From: a virus
Strand: one strand, 5' to 3'
DNA: 64,000 nucleotides
Virus record (IMG/VR): IMGVR_UViG_3300038463_000730
Coordinates: 366,259-430,258 of that record
Positions 8,428 to 18,482 of the stretch are shown piece after piece. Made by a program: the position numbers and the translations under genes. Under the pieces are notes generated by a model. It was given only the letters and a program-made list of their open reading frames with translations. It was not told the origin of the DNA and searched no databases. The first letter of the stretch is position 1. The number at the start of each line of letters is the position of its first letter.

Positions 8428-8898
8428 TTACTCGAACAATACTTTGTACACCTCCCGTAGTTTACCTAGCCAGGAGCGCCGAACGGGGCTCGAACCCGTG
8501 ACCAAGGCATTTAGAGGGCCCTGCTCTGCCGCTGAGCTATCGACGCGCTTTAGGTCTACGTAGTTACGTAGAGCCAAAGGAAAGCTACTAGTAAGAGAGA
8601 TCGACGACGCTGACCCAGGCTCAAATGCAATCGCTGTTAGGCTATGATTAAGATCTTCTTCGGTAAAAGCTAAGTACCGAGCGCCTATTTCGTCTGCCTT
8701 CGCCTTGAGGCTAAGAAGGGCTGCTTCATTCTCAACACTTAATAGAACTACTGTGTTCGAGTTGACATGCCACTCTTTCGTAAGTTCGGGCCATGCCTGG
8801 CTAAAATCAATTGCTGCGTGCAACATCTGAGATGCCTGTTGGCCAGCACGCAAATCGTTTCGTGTAACGACATAGAATTTAGCAGGTGCGTTCGTCAT
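8428..8898 (-). CDS. peptidyl-tRNA hydrolase, Pth2 (archaeal/eukaryotic) type; the 3' end of the ORF runs through the CUA tRNA
   Basis: FYVVTRNDLRAGQQASQMLHAAIDF…VVLLSVENEAALLSLKAKADEIGA…TAIAFEPG matches Pth2 conserved blocks. The domain is about 115 aa, but the ORF continues for 156 aa across 8475-8546. Confidence 0.55.
   Translation of the reverse strand: MTNAPAKFYVVTRNDLRAGQQASQMLHAAIDFSQAWPELTKEWHVNSNTVVLLSVENEAALLSLKAKADEIGARYLAFTEEDLNHSLTAIAFEPGSASSISLTSSFPLALRNYVDLKRVDSSAAEQGPLNALVTGSSPVRRSWLGKLREVYKVLFE
8475..8546 (-). tRNA. tRNA with anticodon CUA (candidate amber-suppressor tRNA)
   Basis: Reverse complement GCGUCGA-UA-GCUC-AGCGGCA-GAGC-A-GGGCC-CUCUAAA-UGCCU-UGGUC-ACGGG-UUCGAGC-CCCGU-UCGGCGC-U fits canonical numbering exactly. 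The loop is CU-CUA-AA. The anticodon stem has G·U at 27-43 and a C·U mismatch at 31-39. Confidence 0.55.
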
Positions 8899-9082
8899 CT
8901 ACGACATGATTTATTCTCTCCGTGTGTAATTCTGAGTACGTGTCCCGGAACTACCGCTCGACATCTGGAATAGATTGATCGATTTTTCGAGAAGCTTAAA
9001 CACAACGACCCCACGAGGAAAATCCAGGTGAGGCCACAGATGAAGCTGGTCGTTACAAATCTATCCAAACATCATACCGTAT

Positions 9083-9280
9083 CTATATCACCGGTTTCCA
9101 AGAATGAATATCTTTTAATGCAAAAGATCTTTCAGCCTTTTTATCCAGGTCCATTGCCAATAGTAACCACTGAGCTGGCTTATGGTATTCATTCTCTTCG
9201 AATGAAATGCTGATCGGCTCAATCGTTCGAAAAGAACGTTCGCCTTTCCAGTTAGTGTAGTCGATCAATACGTGTTTCAT
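9083..9280 (-). CDS. hypothetical small protein
   Basis: 65-aa ORF in the array. Confidence 0.3.
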   Translation of the reverse strand: MKHVLIDYTNWKGERSFRTIEPISISFEENEYHKPAQWLLLAMDLDKKAERSFALKDIHSWKPVI

Positions 9281-9588
9281 AGCATGACCATATGTTTTTC
9301 TTTCAACAACATTGCGCCGTTTTCTACAAGAACTTTGTCCATGAACGCCATTGCTTCTTCTTTCGTATCGAACGTATCATCGAACGAGAACGTGACGTTC
9401 CACCGTCTCGGAGCATGCGGGTACGTCATGCTAATGTCTGATTGCCAAACCATCGCTGAAATGAATCCGTACTCTTTGTCGTTGAGAACACGACGAAGAT
9501 ATTCTGGCGAGTCCCACTCTTCCGTGCCAGCAACAGGCTCCCACGGAAGAAATATCAACCCTGTTAAATCTTCATACCGTTCAAACAT
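9277..9588 (-). CDS. small-protein paralog family member (…HMVML)
   Basis: IFLPWEP motif, TKEEAMAFMDKVLVENG central motif, C-terminal ML. Confidence 0.5.
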   Translation of the reverse strand: MFERYEDLTGLIFLPWEPVAGTEEWDSPEYLRRVLNDKEYGFISAMVWQSDISMTYPHAPRRWNVTFSFDDTFDTKEEAMAFMDKVLVENGAMLLKEKHMVML

Positions 9589-9818
9589 TATTCACAAACT
9601 ACACCGGCGCCCTGATAATTGCACCAGCAATTTGCTCCGACCGGTCCAGCAACGTTCATCACGCATCGGTGATTTCCTAATGCATCGCAACAATAGACGC
9701 TGTACACGACCTGTGCAGTCTTCTCTCGCACGATAACATCGGGCGGCAATTGACGGGCCGAAGGAATACAGGCGATAAACATCGCGACCGAAAGCAAACA
9801 AACAATCTTCTTAATCAT
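9588..9818 (-). CDS. secreted Cys-rich small protein
   Basis: Signal peptide MIKKIVCLLSVAMFIACIPSA and 8 Cys residues in 76 aa. Confidence 0.4.
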   Translation of the reverse strand: MIKKIVCLLSVAMFIACIPSARQLPPDVIVREKTAQVVYSVYCCDALGNHRCVMNVAGPVGANCWCNYQGAGVVCE

Positions 9819-9826
9819 AGCGTTCC

Positions 9827-10597
9827 TTATATCACGTATCTAGGTTGTGTAAAGACACCTTCATCACTAATTAGTGATGACTGGTGAGAGTTGAACACGG
9901 CTCTCAAATCGTACGCAACTCCATTTAGTTCACAACCAGACAACACCAATCGAATCCCGTGTGAATAGTCAGCGTACGTATTACTATGGCTGACCGGATT
10001 CAAACCCTGAATCGGATTGCCATTCGGTTTAATCCAACCAAATATAGCGACGTTCTTAGGGTACTTGAGCAATTGGGGTGTAATGACAACATCCTTCTTG
10101 ATACCGCTAACCAACACGCCCAAATGATAGCCAGGTAACCCGGCAAGCTGTGCCTGCACGACATCGTTATGTTTGCTGAAGTAAGAGGTTGTTGTCATTG
10201 CTGCGGTAGGCGGTAGGTTGGTTGGTGTCATCTCACATGGCGCAGCCTTCCACGTATCAATGACCATTTTCCTCGTCGGTAACATACACTCGTACTGGTC
10301 CGCTATCTTCTGCGCCGTGAGAGGATTCATCGGAACCCGAACGAAATCGTCGTCACTCCCGATGCAAAGGTAATCCGGAGCCACGTAATAAACGATCGTG
10401 TCACCAACTTCACCGGAGTCTGTTACCGTGATCGGAACGAAATTCCGCATGAAGTTCGGCATATTCCCCTGAACGAACTGCTGAAGAATCGCGTCCTCTC
10501 GGACAGGCCCGAGATCCATATTGATCACTGACTGAACAAACTGTTTCCCTGTCAATGCACTGCTTTGTCTATCCGGAATCATTTGTGCCTCCCACAA
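9827..10597 (-). CDS. hypothetical protein
   Basis: 256-aa ORF. Confidence 0.5.
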   Translation of the reverse strand: MWEAQMIPDRQSSALTGKQFVQSVINMDLGPVREDAILQQFVQGNMPNFMRNFVPITVTDSGEVGDTIVYYVAPDYLCIGSDDDFVRVPMNPLTAQKIADQYECMLPTRKMVIDTWKAAPCEMTPTNLPPTAAMTTTSYFSKHNDVVQAQLAGLPGYHLGVLVSGIKKDVVITPQLLKYPKNVAIFGWIKPNGNPIQGLNPVSHSNTYADYSHGIRLVLSGCELNGVAYDLRAVFNSHQSSLISDEGVFTQPRYVI

Positions 10598-10685
10598 GTA
10601 AAATATAACGTCTCAATAATAATCCACACAAATTCGTTGATTGTATACCGGACACCTTGAAAACTAAGACGAAACAATTTTCGGT

Positions 10686-11549
10686 TCATTTCAAATTCAG
10701 AAGCTTCTGGAACTCCGGAACCATCTTAAGAAGTCTCTTCTTCAGAACGTCATCTGTCTTGAGCAAGAAGTTCCGAGCAATTTTGTAACGAAGGTCTACA
10801 TCAGTACAAGTGAAGATCGACTTCATGATTGCTGCGCGCTCACTGACTTTCGAGGAGTACCGACTGTTGTTATAGTTGCCGTAGCCAATCGGGTTGCCCC
10901 ATATATCAAGCTTCGGCTTACTCCGATGCGCCCAGAACTCGTTGAACTTTCTCTCATAAATCTCCCCGGCTTTCGGAGTGAACTTATTCAGATAGTCAAG
11001 CATTCTGAATGTCACATTGTAATTGGAGTCATCCTTGATATCAAGCTCCTTAATATCCAGCAAAAACAACTCGGCTACTTCTTTACTAATCGGAACTTCT
11101 CTTGGTATCAGTTTCTTAACGAGGTACCTCGTGTGTGACTTGTCAGGCTGTATCGAGCTGTTCGGCGCAAACGCGACAACCATATAGTTCTTGAAGTCCG
11201 GGCCGTTACCACCGGCAAAGAACTTCATCATGTCTTCGACGTAGCCAGTACTGTGCGTGTTGGGTAATTGATTCGTGTTATTCAACGCTAAGTTGTAGAA
11301 CTCCAACAGAGCATCGTACTGCACGCTCTTTACGTAAGCGGTCTGCACGATACATTTAGCTAGATCCAGCTCTGATAGATCGGCACGGTGAGTGCGCAAT
11401 CGATCACGCAACTTATCCGTGACTTCTTCCAGATTTGACAGAATATAATTCTTCGCTGCGGTTTGCAGGATATGATTCGCGATGCCGGTGCTGTTCGGCA
11501 CGGCCGAGGTATATCCCGTTGCTGCGAATAGTTCGTCAATGAACTTCAT
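10686..11549 (-). CDS. hypothetical protein
   Basis: 287-aa ORF. Confidence 0.5.
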   Translation of the reverse strand: MKFIDELFAATGYTSAVPNSTGIANHILQTAAKNYILSNLEEVTDKLRDRLRTHRADLSELDLAKCIVQTAYVKSVQYDALLEFYNLALNNTNQLPNTHSTGYVEDMMKFFAGGNGPDFKNYMVVAFAPNSSIQPDKSHTRYLVKKLIPREVPISKEVAELFLLDIKELDIKDDSNYNVTFRMLDYLNKFTPKAGEIYERKFNEFWAHRSKPKLDIWGNPIGYGNYNNSRYSSKVSERAAIMKSIFTCTDVDLRYKIARNFLLKTDDVLKKRLLKMVPEFQKLLNLK

Positions 11550-12094
11550 TTGCGTGTCTCCTTTAGAATGTTCATAAACAACAAGCCTTGCTCGATTGCA
11601 TCATCGAGGGCGTGATGAGTATGCTTGGCATCAGGAAACCAACGCTTCGGCATGTTTCGCTTGGCAGTCTCCTTGAACTCTGTCTTCAATACAGCCATTG
11701 CATAGCTCTTAATATCGAGCGCCGAAAAAGAGAAAGGGCTTTCCCCGACGAAGGTCATGAGATAATGATAAACAAACATAAAATCAAAAGTCGCCGGGTA
11801 CCCGACAAAAACAGGTCGTCCAGGTAAGCTCTTAAGCCACTCAACATATTGGTGCATCGCTTTCGTTGGCGACTGCGGATCAACCCGCGTTAAATCGAAC
11901 GCACTCTGGTTCTTCGCCCAGAACTCCATCGTATCTTTTGCCCCGGTTGCTCCGGGCAATGTCTCCAGGTTACGATAGAACGTTCCAATTTGTTTCCCGT
12001 AGGAATTGAACGCTGCCGAACCAAACGAAAGCATCGAGTGCGGCCCCGGAATCGGGCCATCCGTTTCAACATCTGTGCTACAATATATTTCCAT
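11546..12094 (-). CDS. DEDDh 3'-5' exonuclease (DnaQ/oligoribonuclease-like)
   Basis: DVETDGP Exo I motif and C-terminal HHALDDA (Exo III H-x4-D). Confidence 0.65.
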   Translation of the reverse strand: MEIYCSTDVETDGPIPGPHSMLSFGSAAFNSYGKQIGTFYRNLETLPGATGAKDTMEFWAKNQSAFDLTRVDPQSPTKAMHQYVEWLKSLPGRPVFVGYPATFDFMFVYHYLMTFVGESPFSFSALDIKSYAMAVLKTEFKETAKRNMPKRWFPDAKHTHHALDDAIEQGLLFMNILKETRK

Positions 12095-12243
12095 TTAGTC
12101 CTCATTCATTATGATAAGTTTATCATAAGCCAAATCTCGTTTGTCCCAAGCGCCACAATCACATTGGTACCCACGCAATTTGAACTTGCACTTTGGCGTA
12201 TGCTGGTACTTATCAATCAAGTATTCTTCTAATACTTCTCGTT

Positions 12244-12555
12244 TCATTTCATGATCTCAAATCTATCACACATATATTTCTTCATCTTCGTCAACGGTAT
12301 CTCGTCATCAACTCCACTGAGTATTACTCCATCCGTCATGAACACGTCACCACGGGTTCTCCTGGTCCAGATGTAGAAAATCCTGGTGCAAACTTGACAG
12401 GGCAACAAAACTTCAAAACCTAAATCATCATCTAAGTTTACAGGTCGATGTCCTATCCGTCGCATCAATTGCGCTAGCCTTTCAATCGATTCCATTTTGG
12501 CCTTCCGCAAAGCATTGCGTGAGCAGTTCACTTCAGCACCTCCATTCGAGGGCAC
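12244..12555 (-). CDS. hypothetical zinc-ribbon protein, paralog of 12528-12872
   Basis: CQVC…ISL…KKYMCDRFEIMK against CQSC…ISLDMVRKYLCPRMEVLK. Confidence 0.45.
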   Translation of the reverse strand: MPSNGGAEVNCSRNALRKAKMESIERLAQLMRRIGHRPVNLDDDLGFEVLLPCQVCTRIFYIWTRRTRGDVFMTDGVILSGVDDEIPLTKMKKYMCDRFEIMK

Positions 12556-12872
12556 AAATACTTTCGAACCATGTCTAAAGATATCGGTTCGCCTGCTCTA
12601 CAAATTACAGCACCTTTGTACGTGAGGAATATTCCACTCACCAAGTAGTAGAGTGCGTTGCACGACTGACAGCGAAGCAAAGAAGTTTCAGGATAACCAA
12701 CACAAAGAGGACCGGGCTTGTGCCCGGTCCTCTTCATGAATTTCACTAGATCGCTAGTGAAACAAATATCAGACGTCACGTTCCGCGTTCTTGTAGACCG
12801 AGTCCGCAATCTTCTGATACAAGCCCTGTAGCTCATGGAAGATGGCAGCGAAGATCTTTCGAACCGGATCAT
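12528..12872 (-). CDS. hypothetical zinc-ribbon protein, paralog of 12244-12555
   Basis: Shared C-terminal motif with the neighbour. Confidence 0.45.
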   Translation of the reverse strand: MIRFERSSLPSSMSYRACIRRLRTRSTRTRNVTSDICFTSDLVKFMKRTGHKPGPLCVGYPETSLLRCQSCNALYYLVSGIFLTYKGAVICRAGEPISLDMVRKYLCPRMEVLK

Positions 12873-13353
12873 TGATAACGGTCCAAACTGCGGACCAGGG
12901 CCAGTACATCATCCACAATGTGATCCGGCTCTTGTTCTGACGAACCTTCGGCTTGGCGTAATGCTGCGCCGAATAATTCAACTTCCACTTATCCTTCATG
13001 GTCTGATCCATTTGATCAGCAGCGGTTTTTCCGTTCACCACCATGAACTCGGCACGAGCTTCAGAGTATTGCCGGTACATATCCTTCACATGGAACCACC
13101 ACTTCCCAAGTGACCAACCGGCACCCAATAGGAAGTAACCGATGCCAGAATAAAGAGCCTCCATCGGATTTTCTCGAACAACATGCCAGAGATTGAAATC
13201 TCCAAGCAATGCCAGTGCGGCAAATGTTCCGACGAGTGTTACTGTTGCCCAGAATGTCTTTTCTGCTTCGATGAAGTAGAAATTGAGCAGAAAAACGAAC
13301 CCGATCAGAATCCAGAACGCAACTCCACCAAATGCTAATAGTCCGAACAGCAT
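12769..13353 (-). CDS. hypothetical membrane protein
   Basis: Several hydrophobic helices. Overlaps the upstream ORF, so the true start may be internal. Confidence 0.45.
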   Translation of the reverse strand: MLFGLLAFGGVAFWILIGFVFLLNFYFIEAEKTFWATVTLVGTFAALALLGDFNLWHVVRENPMEALYSGIGYFLLGAGWSLGKWWFHVKDMYRQYSEARAEFMVVNGKTAADQMDQTMKDKWKLNYSAQHYAKPKVRQNKSRITLWMMYWPWSAVWTVINDPVRKIFAAIFHELQGLYQKIADSVYKNAERDV

Positions 13354-13372
13354 TCAAACCTCCTAAATCGTT

Positions 13373-13807
13373 TTACTTAAACGATCGTGTCCGTTTGAAC
13401 AGTTCGTACACTGGAACACCATCTCGTCTAATCATCACGTTCGGACACCAAGGGAAGTCGATCGGTTGACTTTTCTTTAGTGGATTTATCCATACCGCCA
13501 GATTAATCAACTCGGGATTTTCCGGCGCCCGCCGAGACTCTTGATGATACGAGTAGCAAACGCACACTTCGTAACCGTGTTCCAATCTATCCAGAGCTTC
13601 ACAAATGAACTGAGTCGCCAGATCCGGAGTTAATTTTTCCACCAATCCAACTGAAATGTTTTCGTTTTCTTTCTTGGCTATTATAGTATCCCAGCGTTTC
13701 TTCTGCGAATTATAAACCGACACCGTATCACCAGGTAACATGGCTTGATATGGATGCTCTTCAAAAGCCAACTTTCTTCCAAACATCTTGAATTTCACAA
13801 CACTCAT
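13373..13807 (-). CDS. hypothetical protein
   Basis: 144-aa ORF. Confidence 0.45.
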   Translation of the reverse strand: MSVVKFKMFGRKLAFEEHPYQAMLPGDTVSVYNSQKKRWDTIIAKKENENISVGLVEKLTPDLATQFICEALDRLEHGYEVCVCYSYHQESRRAPENPELINLAVWINPLKKSQPIDFPWCPNVMIRRDGVPVYELFKRTRSFK

Positions 13808-14214
13808 CGTAAGATTAATATACCCGAAAGAACCAAAACAATTCCAATAAGCCGAGCCATTGTAAATTGCTCGCCAAGGAATAGAATGGCAATCACGAAG
13901 GTAACGATTGGGTTACAGGCGGTAAGCCCAATGATCGAGCTGACGTCTCGGGACTGGAGGAGCGTGACGAACGCGATCGACGCGCTCGCCGAGACCAGTG
14001 CCGCGAGGATGCTCCAGGAGAGCGCCGAGACCGAGCTAGGCCAACGCACGAGCTGTGGCCCGGCGAAGCAGTAGAGGGCCGTTACGGCGAATGCCACGGC
14101 ATAGAAGACGAGCAGTGTGAGCGGCGCCCCGAGCCGCCCGACCGCAAGCTTCTGAAACGCCCCACCAAGTCCCCAACCAAAAATTGCGATGAGCAGGAGT
14201 AAGTTAGCGTTCAC
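13804..14214 (-). CDS. EamA/DMT-family small membrane transporter
   Basis: Four TM helices; C-terminal FLGEQFTMARLIGIVLVLSGILIL matches the EamA signature. Confidence 0.55.
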   Translation of the reverse strand: MNANLLLLIAIFGWGLGGAFQKLAVGRLGAPLTLLVFYAVAFAVTALYCFAGPQLVRWPSSVSALSWSILAALVSASASIAFVTLLQSRDVSSIIGLTACNPIVTFVIAILFLGEQFTMARLIGIVLVLSGILILR

Positions 14215-14228
14215 CCCTACATATATTT

Positions 14229-14609
14229 TTATGTAGGAGTCTCTTCCGTCTTCACCGTGATTACAGCAATTTTGCTCTTATCAATCTCGTCTAGATTGAT
14301 GTTGCCAATATTCCAACAACCTGAGCCAGACACTTCCCAAACTACAATTGAATAATACTTCAGCCCATGCTTCTTACATGATGCGCTAATGACATCTGTT
14401 ATGTCACTGCACTCGTATTTCTTCTTTTTCGAAGTTGGCTCGATGGTTGCTTTAATGGCAAGCAACCCTGCTGGATTACCCTTTTGCATAAGCGTCAGAT
14501 CTCCTGATCCAGTCGCGGAGGAGACCGCATATTTTTCTTCTATCAGATCAGTCAGAAGTCTCTCGACGTTCCGAGACATCATCGTGACCCAAATATAGAA
14601 CGTGTACAT
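14229..14609 (-). CDS. hypothetical protein
   Basis: 126-aa ORF. Confidence 0.45.
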   Translation of the reverse strand: MYTFYIWVTMMSRNVERLLTDLIEEKYAVSSATGSGDLTLMQKGNPAGLLAIKATIEPTSKKKKYECSDITDVISASCKKHGLKYYSIVVWEVSGSGCWNIGNINLDEIDKSKIAVITVKTEETPT

Positions 14610-14623
14610 TCACCTCGAATGCA

Positions 14624-14998
14624 TCACCCGGCCTTGGCTCGACATTCCGGATTACTCAATTCCGTCAGGAGCATGACAATTTCATCCACGACAGGAGCAG
14701 TCTCTCCCGTAACGAACGTGACTGAGTCATCACTGAAAATGAAATATGCCATGCTGTTGTCGTTCTGATCTGTTCGACCAAAGTCATCCCACGATTTCAA
14801 TGTAGAAAGATTCTCGTAGACAAAAATCTCCGATGGTTTGCCAACGGGATATTTCGAACGGTCATCGAGGCGATGCGTACCTTCGCCGGAGAGATGGTAG
14901 ACGCCATCCTTCCAGATCCGAGCCATACCTTCCAAAATCTTGCCATGAGCCCCGTTGTGCTCCCAAAGCAACGTCGTATCTTTTCCACCGATTTCCAT
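14624..14998 (-). CDS. hypothetical protein (start trimmed to the internal Met MEIGGKD…)
   Basis: The ORF-track N-terminus overlaps the 15006-15269 gene and is low complexity. Confidence 0.4.
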   Translation of the reverse strand: MEIGGKDTTLLWEHNGAHGKILEGMARIWKDGVYHLSGEGTHRLDDRSKYPVGKPSEIFVYENLSTLKSWDDFGRTDQNDNSMAYFIFSDDSVTFVTGETAPVVDEIVMLLTELSNPECRAKAG

Positions 14999-15005
14999 TA
15001 GTTCC

Positions 15006-15269
15006 TCACCGGTACGGCCCGACTTTTTTGAGTTCCAACTCCAACCGAGTAGCCTCTCTACGAGCAAGCTCAGTTTGCTTCTTCCAATACGCTGCGTCGT
15101 GGATTTTCTTTTGCTCACGCTCTCTCCACCATTCCGCGAATGATTCGAATAGTGTTTTGCCCGGTACCTCTCGGTAGCCTTCCGGCATTGCAAAGTAGTG
15201 CGCCACTAAACTAGCGACCACTATTACCAACACAAACACAAATAGAAGCACGGCCTGCACCATCCACAT
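15006..15269 (-). CDS. small membrane protein
   Basis: N-terminal TM helix followed by a charged tail. Confidence 0.4.
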   Translation of the reverse strand: MWMVQAVLLFVFVLVIVVASLVAHYFAMPEGYREVPGKTLFESFAEWWREREQKKIHDAAYWKKQTELARREATRLELELKKVGPYR

Positions 15270-15355
15270 TTATTTATAAAACCTGTTTTTCACACGGCTA
15301 AGTAAATCGATCGTGACAACCTTCACAATCATGTAGCCAAAGATAATCGTGCTGA

Positions 15356-15652
15356 TCATTTCATTGCCCTCATTTTCTGACACATGAACCGGTCGTAATC
15401 TTTCTGGTGCTTCAGCGCGTTTACAAAGTCTTCGAGACCACTATGGTTGAATGACCAGCTCGTATTCCCATGATGATACACCATCGTTCCAGGCGTATAG
15501 CTTATTGAATTGGTGTTGACCTTTATCTCCAAAGATAGGTGCTTAGAACACCAAATACAAATCCCATTGTAATTGTCTAACCCGAACCGAACGTCTTTTA
15601 TGCGATGGCAATGGACTAATGATAATCGAATAAGTAGCTCCCTAGAGAGCAT
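15356..15652 (-). CDS. hypothetical protein
   Basis: 98-aa ORF. Confidence 0.4.
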   Translation of the reverse strand: MLSRELLIRLSLVHCHRIKDVRFGLDNYNGICIWCSKHLSLEIKVNTNSISYTPGTMVYHHGNTSWSFNHSGLEDFVNALKHQKDYDRFMCQKMRAMK

Positions 15653-16445
15653 CTTTCAACCTTTGGTACAGTTCATCTGCAATGGTTTCGGATAGCCCAC
15701 TCATCTGTCCATCGTTGATATCGACGACGATTAGTTTCTCTTCTGCGGTCTCGGCAACATCTACCGCACAGAACCTAACGTGACCTTTAGTGCGAGCCGC
15801 AACTTCACGAACCCACCCTTGGTCTACTTGTTTCGGGGCCTCGGGAAGGTCATCGACATGGCTCGACCAGTAGTATGCCGATGTTAGCACTTGACCATCG
15901 AGAACGAAATGCCTCCATTCGTTTGTGATCGGCAAATCTTGGATACCGATGAGATACGTCTTGAGCGGAACATAACGTCGGATATAGATCGGCTGAGCAC
16001 CGATCATATAATCTTGGGTTAGGTTGTCATAGACCTTGATCGCGGCATTCCTATCCGCCGCGTACATCGAAGTCTTCCACTGATGCTTCTTCGAGTTGGT
16101 TTTGCCCTTCAGAACGAAAGCTCCGTCCTTCGGAACGTCTTCCAATCGGTACCAAGTCTGCGGTGTGACATCGGCCAGCTCTTCGGCCCAGTTTCTCAAA
16201 TCCGCCACCCAATTATGCTGAGCGAACGTATTGATCATACTGGCACCAACATAATTGATATCGTACTCTTGCTCTTTGTAGAAAGGCAGAGCGCAATATC
16301 GAGCCAGTACCAAATCCCCGGATTGAATCGTCATCCTTGATGACGTCGTGTAAAAGAACTGGTTAGCCGCAGCCAATTCTTTCGAATCCATATCCCCTTC
16401 GCGATACAAAATGACAGGACGCATTCCAATTGAATGCTTCCACAA
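15642..16445 (-). CDS. hypothetical protein (possible ATP-grasp-like fold)
   Basis: Weak resemblance only (…RRYVP…IG…); not confirmed. Confidence 0.45.
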   Translation of the reverse strand: MWKHSIGMRPVILYREGDMDSKELAAANQFFYTTSSRMTIQSGDLVLARYCALPFYKEQEYDINYVGASMINTFAQHNWVADLRNWAEELADVTPQTWYRLEDVPKDGAFVLKGKTNSKKHQWKTSMYAADRNAAIKVYDNLTQDYMIGAQPIYIRRYVPLKTYLIGIQDLPITNEWRHFVLDGQVLTSAYYWSSHVDDLPEAPKQVDQGWVREVAARTKGHVRFCAVDVAETAEEKLIVVDINDGQMSGLSETIADELYQRLKDAL

Positions 16446-16561
16446 CTGCCCGTATCGACAAAACGGAAAGGCCCCGAGCGACCTGAACCCCTCGACGCAT
16501 CTAGCGGCGGAAGCTCGAAGGTGGGCTCAGGGCCTTTACAGAGACCGTTGTAGCCGAGGAC

Positions 16562-16771
16562 TTATCCGTTGGCTAGGCTTTCCTTGTGTCTTTTCTGCGA
16601 CGCCTGACCGCCCTTCCTTCCAGCAATTCTGGCCTCTTCGGGCGAGAATTGGTGAGCGGTCCCGACTTTGTGCGCCATCTTTCCGCCGCGTGCCGCCAAT
16701 TCCGACACGAGTTTCGGGTCCATCGCCGCAAAGCCACGGGGTTTCTTCTTGGGTTGTTCTTGCTCTTTCAA
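16562..16771 (-). CDS. KGG-repeat stress-protein-like small protein
   Basis: GGKMAHK…GRKGGQASQ repeats resemble the YciG/KGG stress-protein motif. Confidence 0.4.
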   Translation of the reverse strand: MKEQEQPKKKPRGFAAMDPKLVSELAARGGKMAHKVGTAHQFSPEEARIAGRKGGQASQKRHKESLANG

Positions 16772-16773
16772 GG

Positions 16774-17115
16774 CTAGCCTTCTTTTCTTGGAATGTGGAA
16801 ACGGTTGTTGCGGATATGATCTAGGAATTCAGGCGGCGGTTTAACGGCGTGAGCTTCGACGTAGTGCGCGTAACCCTCGGGCCATTGCCATTCTCCATCC
16901 GTAAAGTCTGCCGAACCGAGTCCCGCCTGGCTTTTGCAGCCTAGTATACACCGAGCCGCAATGCTGTGGGTAGCCAAAATGATCCCGTCACGAAGGTAAT
17001 GGCCTACCTTGATCCTCTCAACAATATCCCATCGGTGGTCTACCGATTGATCAGCGTAGGGCAATGTAACATCCAAATACCCACCGTAATCCGCCCAGTA
17101 TCCAGCACTCTTCAT
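16774..17115 (-). CDS. hypothetical protein
   Basis: 113-aa ORF. Confidence 0.45.
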   Translation of the reverse strand: MKSAGYWADYGGYLDVTLPYADQSVDHRWDIVERIKVGHYLRDGIILATHSIAARCILGCKSQAGLGSADFTDGEWQWPEGYAHYVEAHAVKPPPEFLDHIRNNRFHIPRKEG

Positions 17116-17636
17116 TCCGGTCTTGGCGTCTTCTCAAGTAACGCGAGTTGTTTACGTATTGATTCCAGCCATCCCTCCTGGTCATATACCCGATCTTTAG
17201 TAACACAACCTTGAATAGCGCGCGAAAAAAGATAGAGCTGGTATGCGTAACGCCCGGTATACAAAGCGTTCCTCTCATACTTTTTAAACTCCTCGCGCTC
17301 CAACTTTTCCCATGCGTCACGATTCGGTGAACGGGCAAGCGCCGGATTCTCACGCTCACTCGATTCATAACGATACCTGGTAAACTCTTTTTCTCGTCGC
17401 TCATTGTCCTTATGAAGAGCGAGTAGCTCTTTGATGTCGCCCTCAATCGTCAACACAAACCATTCGGAAAGCGTTGTGGAGAGCTTCTCATCCTTCATAA
17501 CGAGACAACGGAAATACTTCCTAACAACTCTACCTGGAGCCGTTGCCAACTCCGCCATTGCTGGCGGAGCTGGCAATGCAACGAACCGCTTCCAATGCTC
17601 AGCGAAGACCTCGGGCGGAACTGGAGTCCAGGACAA
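17112..17636 (-). CDS. hypothetical protein
   Basis: 174-aa ORF. Confidence 0.45.
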   Translation of the reverse strand: MSWTPVPPEVFAEHWKRFVALPAPPAMAELATAPGRVVRKYFRCLVMKDEKLSTTLSEWFVLTIEGDIKELLALHKDNERREKEFTRYRYESSERENPALARSPNRDAWEKLEREEFKKYERNALYTGRYAYQLYLFSRAIQGCVTKDRVYDQEGWLESIRKQLALLEKTPRPE

Positions 17637-17706
17637 TCTAATTCTCCGATGGTAATGAAGAGCAAATGGAATGGTAGCCGCTCAATTACGTTGGAAAATT
17701 CAGGTT

Positions 17707-18456
17707 TCAACGCAATGTGATCTTGAGATACTCCTCTAGTGGAGTCATGTCGAAAGCTGCAATGAGCCAGAAGTTCGTTCCATCATGCCCGATGACGAGC
17801 GGGTCAGGATTGAACTTCTGCTTCGGTGCAGTGACGACCTTCTCTTTCAGATCGTACTTCGTAGCCTCTGCCACGATGAAAATCTGTTTGAACTCCTTCT
17901 TGCATTCGACAATCTTCTGCCGCACGTCGTCGGGAATGAGCCCATTGAACTTTGTTTCGAGCGAAACATTTGCCTGGACAACTCGCCGGGCCTTCGGCGC
18001 CTTCCGCGCCAGAAGAGAAAGACGATCCAGCACATCCGAGTAGCACTCCTGAAGCGCTGTCGGAAGACTTGGCGATATATTCTTATGCCAGCGGATTGCG
18101 CCCCATCGCCGATTGCGCCTGCCAACAACTGAGATCTTGAAGACTGGAGATTCGAGATTGAAAATAGCCAGGAGCGGTGCCCCCGACTTGTTTCTCCATT
18201 TCAAACAATCGAGTTTGAAAAGTGGATATTTACCCAGCTTGTCCAGCGACTTTGCTTGTTGTACCTTCTCCTTCAGTTCAGGTACAATAGCTCGTTCGAT
18301 TGGAAGAAGCTTGTCCCACTTCTTCTGAATAGAAGAATGCTCAGCAATGATTTTGTCACGCTGAGCAGCAATCAATGCGAGTTGCCTCGGCGTCGCCGGA
18401 ATACAAAGATGCATGGCAGCTTTGACTGGATTACGAATCATAGTAGCTGTTATCAT
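17707..18456 (-). CDS. hypothetical protein
   Basis: 249-aa ORF. Confidence 0.5.
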   Translation of the reverse strand: MITATMIRNPVKAAMHLCIPATPRQLALIAAQRDKIIAEHSSIQKKWDKLLPIERAIVPELKEKVQQAKSLDKLGKYPLFKLDCLKWRNKSGAPLLAIFNLESPVFKISVVGRRNRRWGAIRWHKNISPSLPTALQECYSDVLDRLSLLARKAPKARRVVQANVSLETKFNGLIPDDVRQKIVECKKEFKQIFIVAEATKYDLKEKVVTAPKQKFNPDPLVIGHDGTNFWLIAAFDMTPLEEYLKITLR

Positions 18457-18482
18457 GATTACCTCCGTTTTTAGAAAAATTC

